Part shown: in pieces, positions 54,458-63,562 of the stretch
Position numbering within the stretch: the first letter of the stretch is position 1
Layout: each line of letters begins with the position of its first letter
Source: Chlamydiales bacterium
GTDB lineage: Bacteria > Chlamydiota > Chlamydiia > Chlamydiales > JAAKFR01
NCBI GenBank assembly: GCA_041395025.1
Contig: JAWLBH010000001.1
Span: forward strand, 782,666-846,665
Direction: 5' to 3'
DNA length: 64,000 nt
Position numbers and translations under genes: made by a program
Notes under the pieces: model-generated
Told to the model about the DNA's origin: nothing
The model's database searches: none
What the model saw: only the letters and a program-made list of their open reading frames with translations

Positions 54458-54901
54458 ATGGAAACACTTCAGGATTTTAAAGTAGATCTTGCCTTATTAG
54501 TTGAGGGAGGGTTGATCGCAATTAAGCAGGGCGATGAAGAGAGTGCAAAAAAATTATTTAATGCTGTCGGTATTCTTGATCCACAAAATATGGTTCGGAA
54601 GATGGGGTATGGGATTATTGCTTTGCATAAGATGGATATTAAAACCTCTCAAAAACACTTTCGAGAGATTCTTCAGATTGAAAAAACAAATTGGAGAGCG
54701 CAGGTTTTTCTTGCTTTTTCTCATATTCTTTCAGTTTTACAAGAGGGTTCACCAAAAGAAAAATATGAATCTCTTGAAATAGGAGCAACCCTTGCACAAG
54801 AAGTCCTAGAGAAAAGCAACACTCCTTCAACTCTTCAACTTGCAAAGTCTCTTCTTGAATGGGAAAAAGAGCTTCAGGATAAAGTTAAAACTAGTCCGTA
54901 A
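54458..54901 (+). CDS. cdsG: T3SS needle chaperone CdsG (YscG-like, TPR-like)
   Basis: 147-aa TPR-like helical repeat protein directly after sctF. Confidence 0.72.
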   Translation: METLQDFKVDLALLVEGGLIAIKQGDEESAKKLFNAVGILDPQNMVRKMGYGIIALHKMDIKTSQKHFREILQIEKTNWRAQVFLAFSHILSVLQEGSPKEKYESLEIGATLAQEVLEKSNTPSTLQLAKSLLEWEKELQDKVKTSP

Positions 54902-54922
54902 AATTTTAGGAGGAAAAAAGAT

Positions 54923-55567
54923 ATGCCCGATAATAGAATTTCTGAAATTAATCCAATCCCTCCAAATCCTGATAGAAATCCTACTCATTCTTTAGGGGAT
55001 TCACAAGAGACTGAAAATGCGACTCCTTTTTCATTACCTTCATCAAAGGATAAAGCAGAGTTTGAAATGGGTGAAATAAAAAAAACTCCGATGGATTTTG
55101 CTAGAGAGCAAGCTCAGCAAAATATCAAGAAACTGACTCCTGAACAGTTAAATCATGCTATGGAAGGATTACAAAATCAACTTGGAGATGTAGCGACAAA
55201 ACTTAAAAATCCAAATATCACTAAAAAATTTACAGAAGATCATTATGAAGCTTTGGACAAAATTGTTGAGGAAATGTCTTCTGACATGGGAGCCATTGGA
55301 AAACATACGAATCAGACATTCCCTTCTGCTCATCGAATGAATGATGAATCACCTTTAAGTTATATTACCCGTTGGATTAATGGATCTCAGCAGACTTTGA
55401 GTTCAGCGATAAATTTCATAGGGAAAGATAAAAATCCCAATCCTGCTTCCTTTTTAAAATTACAATACTCAGTTCAACGAGCTGTTCAAAGAGGTGAATT
55501 GTTTGCCAGCATTGTTGGAGCCTCTGTCTCAGGCATTAAAACTATCATGAGTACGCAGTTAGGATAA
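54923..55567 (+). CDS. T3SS cluster protein (CT668 position); candidate inner-rod SctI-like protein
   Basis: 214 aa with a strong SD (AGGAGG). The C-terminus SFLKLQYSVQRAVQRGELFASIVGASVSGIKTIMSTQLG resembles the conserved C-terminal helix of SctI/YscI/PrgJ family proteins. The N-terminal part looks disordered. Confidence 0.5.
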   Translation: MPDNRISEINPIPPNPDRNPTHSLGDSQETENATPFSLPSSKDKAEFEMGEIKKTPMDFAREQAQQNIKKLTPEQLNHAMEGLQNQLGDVATKLKNPNITKKFTEDHYEALDKIVEEMSSDMGAIGKHTNQTFPSAHRMNDESPLSYITRWINGSQQTLSSAINFIGKDKNPNPASFLKLQYSVQRAVQRGELFASIVGASVSGIKTIMSTQLG

Positions 55568-55569
55568 AT

Positions 55570-56892
55570 ATGAATGAAGAGACCACTGGCTTCGAAAAAC
55601 TGATATCCAGTTTAGAAGAGGTACAGTTAACAACTGTCATGGGCCGGATTACAGAAGTTGTAGGGATGCTGATTAAGGCTGTTGTCCCTCAGGTGCGGAT
55701 CGGTGAGGTTTGTCTAGTTAAACGAAAAGATCTCCCACCGCTCATTACTGAAGTCGTAGGATTCACACAAGACCAAGTTTATCTTTCTCCTTTAGGGGAA
55801 ATGACTGGGATAGGTCCTTCTTCAGAAGTGATTCCAACTGGGTTACCTCTCCATATTAAAGTGGGTCCTAAGTTATTAGGAAGAGTGTTAAATGGCATTG
55901 GAGAGCCTCTTGATATTGAGACAAAAGGCCCTTTAAATTTGACTCAAACCTGTCCGATTTTTCGTTCTCCACCAGATCCTCTAAAAAGGCAACGGATTAA
56001 AGAACCCATCTCAACAGGGGTAAGATCTATAGATGGCCTTTTGACATGTGGGCGTGGCCAGCGCATTGGAATTTTTGCAGGAGCGGGTGTGGGTAAATCT
56101 ACATTGATTGGAATGATTGCTCGGAGTTCTGAAGCGGATATTAATGTGATTGCACTTATTGGTGAAAGAGGGCGAGAGGTTAGAGAATTTATAGAAAAAG
56201 ATCTTGGGACAGAAGGATTGGCGCGTTCAGTCATTATTGTATCTACTTCTGATCAAGCTTCTCAGCTTCGTTTGAATGCAGCGTATGTCGGAACGGCGAT
56301 TGCTGAGTATTTTCGTGATCAAGGTAAAACTGTCATTTTGATTATGGATTCAGTCACGCGTTTTGCAAGAGCTTTAAGAGAGGTGGGATTAGCAGCTGGT
56401 GAACCCCCTGCTCGTGCAGGTTATACACCTTCTGTCTTTTCTACTCTTCCTCGTTTGCTTGAAAGATCAGGAAATTCTGATAAAGGTTCAATCACAGCCT
56501 TCTATACAATCTTAGTTGCTGGTGATGATATGAACGAACCTGTTGCAGATGAAGTAAAGTCTATTTTGGATGGTCATATTGTTCTTTCAAATACCCTGGC
56601 ACAAGGGTATCACTATCCTGCCATTGATGTGTTGGCGTCTATTAGTCGTCTAGTGAATGAAGTGACAGATCCAGCACATCTTAAAATGATTAGTAAAGCA
56701 CGAGAAGTATTGGCTAACTATAGAAAAAATGAAATGTTAATTCGCATTGGAGAATATAAACGGGGATCGGATCGTGATGCTGATTATGCGATTGATCATA
56801 TCAATAAACTGAACCGTTTTTTAAAACAGACAATTGAAGAAAAATCTTCTTTTAAAGAAACCATTCAACAGCTTAAGGCGCTCTTTAGATAG
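55570..56892 (+). CDS. sctN: T3SS ATPase SctN (CdsN)
   Basis: Walker A GAGVGKSTL, Walker B VILIMDSVTRFA, and a FliI/YscN-type catalytic core throughout. Confidence 0.97.
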   Translation: MNEETTGFEKLISSLEEVQLTTVMGRITEVVGMLIKAVVPQVRIGEVCLVKRKDLPPLITEVVGFTQDQVYLSPLGEMTGIGPSSEVIPTGLPLHIKVGPKLLGRVLNGIGEPLDIETKGPLNLTQTCPIFRSPPDPLKRQRIKEPISTGVRSIDGLLTCGRGQRIGIFAGAGVGKSTLIGMIARSSEADINVIALIGERGREVREFIEKDLGTEGLARSVIIVSTSDQASQLRLNAAYVGTAIAEYFRDQGKTVILIMDSVTRFARALREVGLAAGEPPARAGYTPSVFSTLPRLLERSGNSDKGSITAFYTILVAGDDMNEPVADEVKSILDGHIVLSNTLAQGYHYPAIDVLASISRLVNEVTDPAHLKMISKAREVLANYRKNEMLIRIGEYKRGSDRDADYAIDHINKLNRFLKQTIEEKSSFKETIQQLKALFR

Positions 56893-57058
56893 TTCTAAAC
56901 AATAAATTAGAGAATGATTTTTTTTGAACAAAAATTTGGGATATGTAAGAGATCGTGTTTACAATCTATGGTTTTCTGTTTAAAAAAATGGTGTTTAAGA
57001 AACCTGCTAACTTGATTTTCGAGAATAGAGTCTAAACAAGTATTTTGGTAGATAAAAA

Positions 57059-57562
57059 ATGGCAAAAAAACTCTATCCACTTCAACAAGTGCTCTTGGTC
57101 AAGAAGGATCGGGTAGAAAAAGCAGAAAAGGTTGTGCAGAAAAAAAAGCAAGCACTAACAATTGAAGAAGATAAGTTAAAAAAAATTGAAGAAGCACGAA
57201 ATCTTGTTTTAAATCATCATAACAGCAAGTTAGCTCAATTAAGAGAGGCTCTGGATAAAGGAACCACGAGTAATGAAGTTTTACAAATGAAGTCTTATTT
57301 AAAAGTGGTTAAAGAAAAACTAGAAAAAGAAGAAAAAAAAGTTGAAACACAACAACAACAGGTAAAAATTGCCAAGAGGGATCTTCAAGAGGCACAAGAT
57401 CATCTTAAGATCAAAAGAGTTGAGGAAGAAAAGCTTTCTTTACATAAAGAAGCATGGGATAAAGAAGTTCAGGCTGAACTGATAAAAAAAGAAGCAAAAG
57501 AACAAGATGAAATTGGCCAGATTGTTTATACCTCTCAGAAAAAAAAACAAAAGGAATCGTAA
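57059..57562 (+). CDS. sctO: T3SS stalk protein SctO (CdsO/YscO-like)
   Basis: 167 aa, a highly charged K/E coiled-coil hairpin, directly after sctN. Confidence 0.72.
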   Translation: MAKKLYPLQQVLLVKKDRVEKAEKVVQKKKQALTIEEDKLKKIEEARNLVLNHHNSKLAQLREALDKGTTSNEVLQMKSYLKVVKEKLEKEEKKVETQQQQVKIAKRDLQEAQDHLKIKRVEEEKLSLHKEAWDKEVQAELIKKEAKEQDEIGQIVYTSQKKKQKES

Positions 57563-57564
57563 TT

Positions 57565-58260
57565 ATGAAAATTCCCCCATCAAATCGAGAAACAGGTGTC
57601 TTTTCAAAAAGGGAACGTAATAAAGAACCAGTCGATCATAAGAAAACAAACAAAGATTTCACACTGCCAAGAAAAAAAGAAGAGAGCAAAGATAAGAAAG
57701 AGTCACTTTTTGATATTGCTGGTGCTGAATTAGGATTGAAAGAATTGAAACAATCTCAGGAGTTTTCCGAAAGTCAAGAGATTGCTTCTCAAGATATTTC
57801 AGAAATAAAAACAGATATCACTGCAATTAGCAAATTGATTCAAAATATGGTTAAAGAAATGCAAATTGGACAGCTTGAGGGAAAAGATTTTGCTAACATC
57901 CAGTTATCAGAAGCCTCTATGAATCTTCCTGAAGCGTTTTTAGGGAGCCACTTGACGTTAAGTTATGAAGAAAATCAATTGACCATTCATTTTGATAATT
58001 TTATGACTCCTCAGCAAGAAAACAATGCGATGATCATGGTTGAGAAACATAAACAGCAGTTATTAGATATGATTCAAACTTTACAACAAAAAAATATTTA
58101 TATTAAAGAAATGAGTATCGGAGAACGTGCCATTACACTGCCTCGCATTGAATCTCATCCGACGGCTTTTCGTTCGATAGCTGCTCAAGAGGGTACAATG
58201 AAAGAAGATCAAAAGTCGGGCTATGAAAAAGATCGTGAAGAGGAGACTAGCTCTGAATAA
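57565..58260 (+). CDS. sctP: T3SS needle-length / substrate-switch protein SctP (CdsP-like)
   Basis: 231 aa with a disordered charged N-terminal half and a C-terminal globular T3S4-like region (LTLSYEENQLTIHFDNFMTPQQ...). It lies between sctO and sctQ. Confidence 0.6.
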   Translation: MKIPPSNRETGVFSKRERNKEPVDHKKTNKDFTLPRKKEESKDKKESLFDIAGAELGLKELKQSQEFSESQEIASQDISEIKTDITAISKLIQNMVKEMQIGQLEGKDFANIQLSEASMNLPEAFLGSHLTLSYEENQLTIHFDNFMTPQQENNAMIMVEKHKQQLLDMIQTLQQKNIYIKEMSIGERAITLPRIESHPTAFRSIAAQEGTMKEDQKSGYEKDREEETSSE

Positions 58261-58301
58261 TCGACTTGGGATATAGTAAAGATATAGAAATTGAAAAAAT
58301 C

Positions 58302-59531
58302 ATGGCTATGACTGCTGATAAACCTCTTGATTGGATTAGGGAGGTCGAACGTCTTCTCCTTAATCTTGAAGAAAAACCGCAATTTGGGCTTCCTGCACCC
58401 TTTGATTGGAAAGTTTTTGAAAAACGTCTGCAAGAAGTGCTTGGACATGGCTTATTGAAAACTGGATATGATATTAAAGGTTGGGAAGTTGGGGGTAAGA
58501 TATGGTCTGGTTTAGGGAAAGGGCTGATGTGTTTACCGATCGAATGGGTCCCCTTAACACTTCCTGTGTATTTTCTGACAAACGGTCAAGATCTTAAACA
58601 ATTGATGAGAAATCTTCTTGGAGAAAAAAAAGAAACCGCTTACTTTTACGATCCTTCCCTTGTTGAAGGGTTTTACTATTATTTTATTGCTGAAATTCTT
58701 TCTATTCTTGAGAATTTGAATTTTGCCTCTCCTCTTTCTCCTAGATTGGGTGAGGTTTGCGAGGATATTCAACAAGTCATTGGAGAACAACCTTGTTTTG
58801 TCATCAACATATTCTGTTCTCTGAATCAACAACCCTTTCGAGCTAAATTACTCCTAACAGCAGATTTTCGTCGTGAATGGAAAAGTTATTTTTCTCATCT
58901 TCTTCCCTCTACTCTATCTTGTGAGGTTAAGGAGAAAATCAATTTAGATATCAGTTTAGAGATTGGTCATACAAGGCTTAAGTTTAAAGAATGGAAAAAC
59001 GTAAAGAAGGGAGATTTTATTTTACTCGATCATTGCTCATACGATCCAGTGAAAAAAAAGGGAGGGGTTGTTCTATCTCTTAATCAAAAATCTCTTTTTC
59101 GAGGGCGTTTTAAAGAAAGAGGCATTAAAATCACTGAGTACCCTAACTATCAGGAGGTAAGTACGTTTATGGATGAGGAACCATTCTTTGACATGAATCA
59201 ATCAGAGGATTTCACATCAGAATTAGAGGATGAAAATCCCTCTCTAAAAGATTTGGAAGATTTTGATGAAGAAGAGAGTATGAAAAAAATGGAACTCATA
59301 CCTAATGAAACGACAATCGCAATCGAAGAATTACCTATAGATTTAACTGTTGAAGTAGGACGTCTGCGTATGACAGCCAAGGCATTGATGGATTTGAATC
59401 CTGGTAATTTAATAGAAATCAATGTTCACCCTGAACAGGGAGTAGATCTTGTCGTTAATGGCAAAAAAGTTGGACGTGGAGAATTGATTCGTATTGGTGA
59501 AACATTGGGTGTGCGCATTTTATCGCTATAA
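58302..59531 (+). CDS. sctQ: T3SS cytoplasmic sorting-platform protein SctQ (CdsQ, FliN/SpoA domain)
   Basis: C-terminal SpoA/FliN domain IDLTVEVGRLRMTAKALMDLNPGNLIEINVHPEQGVDLVVNGKKVGRGELIRIGETLGVRILSL. Start taken at ATG 58302; the track uses TTG 58266. Confidence 0.88.
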   Translation: MAMTADKPLDWIREVERLLLNLEEKPQFGLPAPFDWKVFEKRLQEVLGHGLLKTGYDIKGWEVGGKIWSGLGKGLMCLPIEWVPLTLPVYFLTNGQDLKQLMRNLLGEKKETAYFYDPSLVEGFYYYFIAEILSILENLNFASPLSPRLGEVCEDIQQVIGEQPCFVINIFCSLNQQPFRAKLLLTADFRREWKSYFSHLLPSTLSCEVKEKINLDISLEIGHTRLKFKEWKNVKKGDFILLDHCSYDPVKKKGGVVLSLNQKSLFRGRFKERGIKITEYPNYQEVSTFMDEEPFFDMNQSEDFTSELEDENPSLKDLEDFDEEESMKKMELIPNETTIAIEELPIDLTVEVGRLRMTAKALMDLNPGNLIEINVHPEQGVDLVVNGKKVGRGELIRIGETLGVRILSL

Positions 59532-59569
59532 AAAGGATCATTTTATTTTAGATAGGAGAAAGGAAATCA

Positions 59570-61096
59570 GTGACTCATGAGTTTCCAAGCCATATCGGCG
59601 GATACAGGATTGAGAGTCTCCTAGATCGAGGTGGGATGACTCTTCTTTATCTTGGTATTCATCCTGAGACCCATCAGCCAATTACCATTAAAGTACTTTC
59701 ATCTAAGTATGTTTCTCATCCTGAAATGGTAGACCGTTTTATGCGAGAAGCAGAGATTATTGCTCTAACTGATCATCCTAATATTGTGAAAATTTATGGG
59801 AATGGTAAGTGGGAAGGAGGAGTGTATATTGCGATGGAATTCATCCAGGGAATTTCTCTCCGTCAAATGATTTTGCAAGAAGCAATGTCATTAAAAAGGG
59901 CACTTGAAGTTGTAATTCAAATTGGTTATGCCCTTACACATCTTCATGTCCATGGGATTATTCATCGTGATCTGAAACCAGAAAATATTCTTCTAACAGC
60001 TCAAGGAGGAGTAAAAGTAGTAGATTTTGGTATTTCACAGATATATACAGAGAAAATAAATTCTACTAAGACTCAACTTCTTGGCACTCCGGTTTACATG
60101 AGTCCTGAGCAAATCGAGAATCCTCTTAATGTAGATTTTTCTATCGATGTATATGCCTTAGGGATTATTACTTATGAACTCATATTAGGGCGTTTATCAC
60201 ATGGATTGGTTCATCTTTCGAATGTTCCACGTGGTTTACAGAAGCTTTTATCGAAAGCACTTCAACCAAAGCGAAAAGATCGATTTGATGATATTGTAGA
60301 ATTTATTCAAGAAGTTTCAGCTTACTTAAATTCAAATGAACTACAACATGATATGCGTGGCAGTGATTATCTTGGTGAGTTGAAAGAGAATCTTCGACAA
60401 GCACAATCAATTTTAATTCCTCCTCATCTTCCCAATTGGCAGCGTGTGAATATGGCGCTTTCCTCGAACTGTAGTACTGCTCTCTCTTCTGTCTATTATG
60501 ATTTTTTCGAGCCAAAAGAGGGGATCTATAGCCTTGTTATGGGTGAATCCTTAACGACAGGTGTTCAAGGTTTATTACAAATTGCTATATTGAAAGGCAT
60601 GGTTCATGCTTTGGCTCATGCTATCAACACACCACTCGATTTTGTATCAACATTAAATGCTAGAATTCTTGATCAAAAGAATAGTCAGAGTTTTTCTTTT
60701 TCTTTGCTGACTCTATACCCACTACAAGAACGTTTTTCTTACATCTCTTGTGGCTATAGCCCACTCTGGTATTTACCTGCAGGTGGGAAAACTCCTCGTC
60801 GTTTAACTGCTGAAAATGCCCCTTTAGGAATTTCAAATTCTCCAGAATTTCTTGAAGTTGATTCGAATTGGAATATTGGAGATAATTTAACTTTGCATAC
60901 TTTTCAAGCTGGTCAAGCAAAAAGTATTCAGGAAATTGAGAAGGATGAAGGACGATTTTTAAATGCTCTAATGGAGACTCTTTTTTTGGATCCACAAAAA
61001 CAAGTTGAAGCCATTTTTCGCAAAGTCTCGCAAAAAGAAGAACGAGCTTTTTTTGAATCTCCAATTACTGTAATTAGTATTCAAAGGGAAACATAG
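59570..61096 (+). CDS. pkn5: Ser/Thr protein kinase (Pkn5 position) fused to a degenerate SpoIIE/PP2C-like C-terminal domain
   Basis: The Hanks kinase motifs are intact: ITIKVL (Lys), IIHRDLKPENILL, VVDFGIS, YMSPEQ. The GTG start is preceded by AGGAGAAAGGA. The C-terminal approx 220 aa follow the SpoIIE layout (YYDFFEPKEGIYSLVMGESLTTGVQG...; CGYSPLWYL; LTLHTF; ITVISIQRE), with the metal-binding Asp positions substituted. Confidence 0.85.
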   Translation: MTHEFPSHIGGYRIESLLDRGGMTLLYLGIHPETHQPITIKVLSSKYVSHPEMVDRFMREAEIIALTDHPNIVKIYGNGKWEGGVYIAMEFIQGISLRQMILQEAMSLKRALEVVIQIGYALTHLHVHGIIHRDLKPENILLTAQGGVKVVDFGISQIYTEKINSTKTQLLGTPVYMSPEQIENPLNVDFSIDVYALGIITYELILGRLSHGLVHLSNVPRGLQKLLSKALQPKRKDRFDDIVEFIQEVSAYLNSNELQHDMRGSDYLGELKENLRQAQSILIPPHLPNWQRVNMALSSNCSTALSSVYYDFFEPKEGIYSLVMGESLTTGVQGLLQIAILKGMVHALAHAINTPLDFVSTLNARILDQKNSQSFSFSLLTLYPLQERFSYISCGYSPLWYLPAGGKTPRRLTAENAPLGISNSPEFLEVDSNWNIGDNLTLHTFQAGQAKSIQEIEKDEGRFLNALMETLFLDPQKQVEAIFRKVSQKEERAFFESPITVISIQRET

Positions 61097-61148
61097 CTGG
61101 GTAAAAATAATAATTTTCACTATACCCAATACCATATAGCCAGATATA

Positions 61149-63521
61149 ATGAAGACAATGCGCCTTAGAAATTTTTATTTCATTTATATATGTGTATTTA
61201 TTATTAGTTTAATGCCATTTGTGTATGGTGAAAAATATGGCAAATCTGAACTGATTGGATCAGATACACAAGGATCTCTAGAAAGACCGATCACAATTAT
61301 TCAATCCTCTTCTCATCCTTTATTGCGACCAACTCTTCATGCAAATGATCATCAATTAGCTTCGGTTTCCCATGAATCTCATCCTTCATTCCACATTCAA
61401 TCGGATGGATTGTTAGCTGCAGAAAGAAAGCATAAAAATGAAATTAAAGAATTCAGTCAGACAAATAAAACTTCAGAAACTAAAACTGAGCTTAAAGGAA
61501 TAGATTTTGGTAAATATCTGAAACCTAATTGCGATCCTAAGAGAGAAGGATATACGATTAATTTTGAAGATATTTCTATCCTTCAACTGATCCAGTTTAT
61601 TAGTAAAATTTCTGGGACAAATTTTGTATTTGATAAGAATGATTTAAATTTCGCAATTACGATTATTTCTGAAGACCCAACATCCATAGAAGATCTTTCT
61701 GCAGCATTGCTCCAGATTTTAAGAATTCACGGTCTTTCAGTTGTAGAACAAGGGAACAATATTTTGATTTATAAAAATCAAAATATGTCAAAAGTCTCTA
61801 CAGTGATTACTGATACAAATATTCATGAAGCATGTGAGGCAGCAGTGATCACTCGTGTTTTTCGACTCTACAATATTGATCCAAACAAGATTCAAACAAT
61901 TGTAAAACCCCTCCTATCTTCTGATGCGATTGTTGAGGTTTCTGTTGAAACACATCATTTGATTGTTACAGATATGACAGCAAATGTTGATAAGATTGCA
62001 GATCTTCTTTCCGCTCTTGATATCCCAAATACAGCTTTTGATATTCTCGAATATAAAGTTAATAGTGCTTATCCTAGTGCTCTTGTGAGTTATGCACGAG
62101 AAATATTAGCTCCTTTAGCTGGGGATAACCCCTTGCAAATCATTGCTCAGCCTTCTTCAAACAAAATATTTGTGGTTTCTACTCCTTATTTAAATCAAAA
62201 AGCTATTCAAGTTTTACAAGCTTTAGACACTGCAGATATCACAGAAATTGCTCCAGATTTGCCTTCAGATGCAATGGCAAATAATAATTTTCACATGTAT
62301 AAATTAAAATATCAAAAAGGACAGAAGATTGCTGATGCAATGAAAGAGATTGGCGCAAATTTACAATATTCTGGTGTCGCGAATTTAGATTTTGTTAATA
62401 CTATTCATAGTCTGCAATGGTTAGAGGTAAATAATTCGATCATTGTCACTGGCTCTAGTCATGCCATTAAAAAAATTGTTGAATTGCTAGATGATCTAGA
62501 TCAACCTCCTAAGCAAGTTTATATCGAAGTCTTAATTATCGATACAACTTTACAGAATTCGCTTGATTTTGGTGTTCAATGGATTGCCTTGGGTGATGAG
62601 CAGAATAAGCTTGCATATGCTTCAGGTTTATTAGGCAATTCACCTCCAAATCCAAATCTTCAAGGAGGATCAATTCCTCCTGGAGCTCGTTATATCGCAT
62701 CGAACCCCTCTTCCCAGCCTCCTCTAATTCCCAACCCTGGACGCGATATTCCACTTCCAGTACCTTCTTCTCTTTCCGGAATCAGTAATATCGTCAATCA
62801 AACAGAAGCATTTGGATTTGGAATTATTGGGAATATTCTTCGTCATCATGGACAATCATTTTTGACATTAGGAGCACTAGTGAGTGCTCTCGATCAAGAG
62901 ATGCAAACCCAAGTAGTACTTAATCCACGAATTATGGTTGAAGATACACAGTCAGCAAATTTCTTTGTTGGAGAGAATATTCCCTACCAGACTACTAGCA
63001 CTGTGATTCAGCAAACTGGATCAGTGACACAAAACTTTCAATACGAAGATATAGGGATTCAACTTCAAGTGACTCCAACAATTTCACCTAGTAATGTTGT
63101 GACGATTGATATTAATCAAGCCATTTCTAATGTACTTTCTGTGACAACAGAAAATGTGATTGCACCTCAGACACAAAAAATTCTTGCGACCACTCGTGTT
63201 CATGTTCCTGATGGTTGTTTTTTTGTTATGAGTGGTCATATTCGAGATCAGTGTACAAAAGTAAACTCTGGGATTCCTTGTTTGGGGACATTACCTCTTA
63301 TTGGTCCACTTTTTTCACGTAATATTGAGCAACGTAGTAAACGAAATATGATTATGTTTATTCGTCCAAAAGTGATGACTGTAATTGACGATCAGATTAA
63401 ATTAACTAATCAAGAAGGCTATCAATATAACTTTGATACAGATCCCTCATCATTGCAAGAATCCTGTTGTGAACAAGCTCCCGAATGCGAGGTCTATCCT
63501 CCCATGAATCCAATACATTAA
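61149..63521 (+). CDS. sctC: T3SS outer-membrane secretin SctC (CdsC)
   Basis: Signal-like N-terminus. N0-type domain GYTINFEDISILQLIQFISKISGTNFVFD. Secretin domain VHVPDGCFFVMSGHIRDQCTKVNSGIPCLGTLPLIGPLFSRNIEQRSKRNMIMFIRPKV. There is a long N-terminal extension and a P-rich insertion. Confidence 0.93.
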   Translation: MKTMRLRNFYFIYICVFIISLMPFVYGEKYGKSELIGSDTQGSLERPITIIQSSSHPLLRPTLHANDHQLASVSHESHPSFHIQSDGLLAAERKHKNEIKEFSQTNKTSETKTELKGIDFGKYLKPNCDPKREGYTINFEDISILQLIQFISKISGTNFVFDKNDLNFAITIISEDPTSIEDLSAALLQILRIHGLSVVEQGNNILIYKNQNMSKVSTVITDTNIHEACEAAVITRVFRLYNIDPNKIQTIVKPLLSSDAIVEVSVETHHLIVTDMTANVDKIADLLSALDIPNTAFDILEYKVNSAYPSALVSYAREILAPLAGDNPLQIIAQPSSNKIFVVSTPYLNQKAIQVLQALDTADITEIAPDLPSDAMANNNFHMYKLKYQKGQKIADAMKEIGANLQYSGVANLDFVNTIHSLQWLEVNNSIIVTGSSHAIKKIVELLDDLDQPPKQVYIEVLIIDTTLQNSLDFGVQWIALGDEQNKLAYASGLLGNSPPNPNLQGGSIPPGARYIASNPSSQPPLIPNPGRDIPLPVPSSLSGISNIVNQTEAFGFGIIGNILRHHGQSFLTLGALVSALDQEMQTQVVLNPRIMVEDTQSANFFVGENIPYQTTSTVIQQTGSVTQNFQYEDIGIQLQVTPTISPSNVVTIDINQAISNVLSVTTENVIAPQTQKILATTRVHVPDGCFFVMSGHIRDQCTKVNSGIPCLGTLPLIGPLFSRNIEQRSKRNMIMFIRPKVMTVIDDQIKLTNQEGYQYNFDTDPSSLQESCCEQAPECEVYPPMNPIH

Positions 63522-63562
63522 AATAGCTCGCTATAAAATTCAGAATTTCTGAGAATATCCCT

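Noticed and set aside
1110-61064. Many 60-140-aa ORFs in the track that lie antisense or out of frame inside long genes. Examples: 1110-1379, 1968-2180, 3327-3536, 4421-4711, 5573-5755, 9442-9702, 12476-12673, 16577-16858, 19033-19365, 20033-20246, 23512-23733, 30134-30397, 34171-34422, 35134-35367, 38551-38778, 52455-52880, 55944-56234, 58554-58832, 60660-61064.
   Set aside because: Each is fully embedded in a longer ORF with clear family motifs. Their translations are compositionally odd (S/R/L/I-rich mirror-frame products) and lack start signals. These are typical shadow ORFs in an AT-rich genome.
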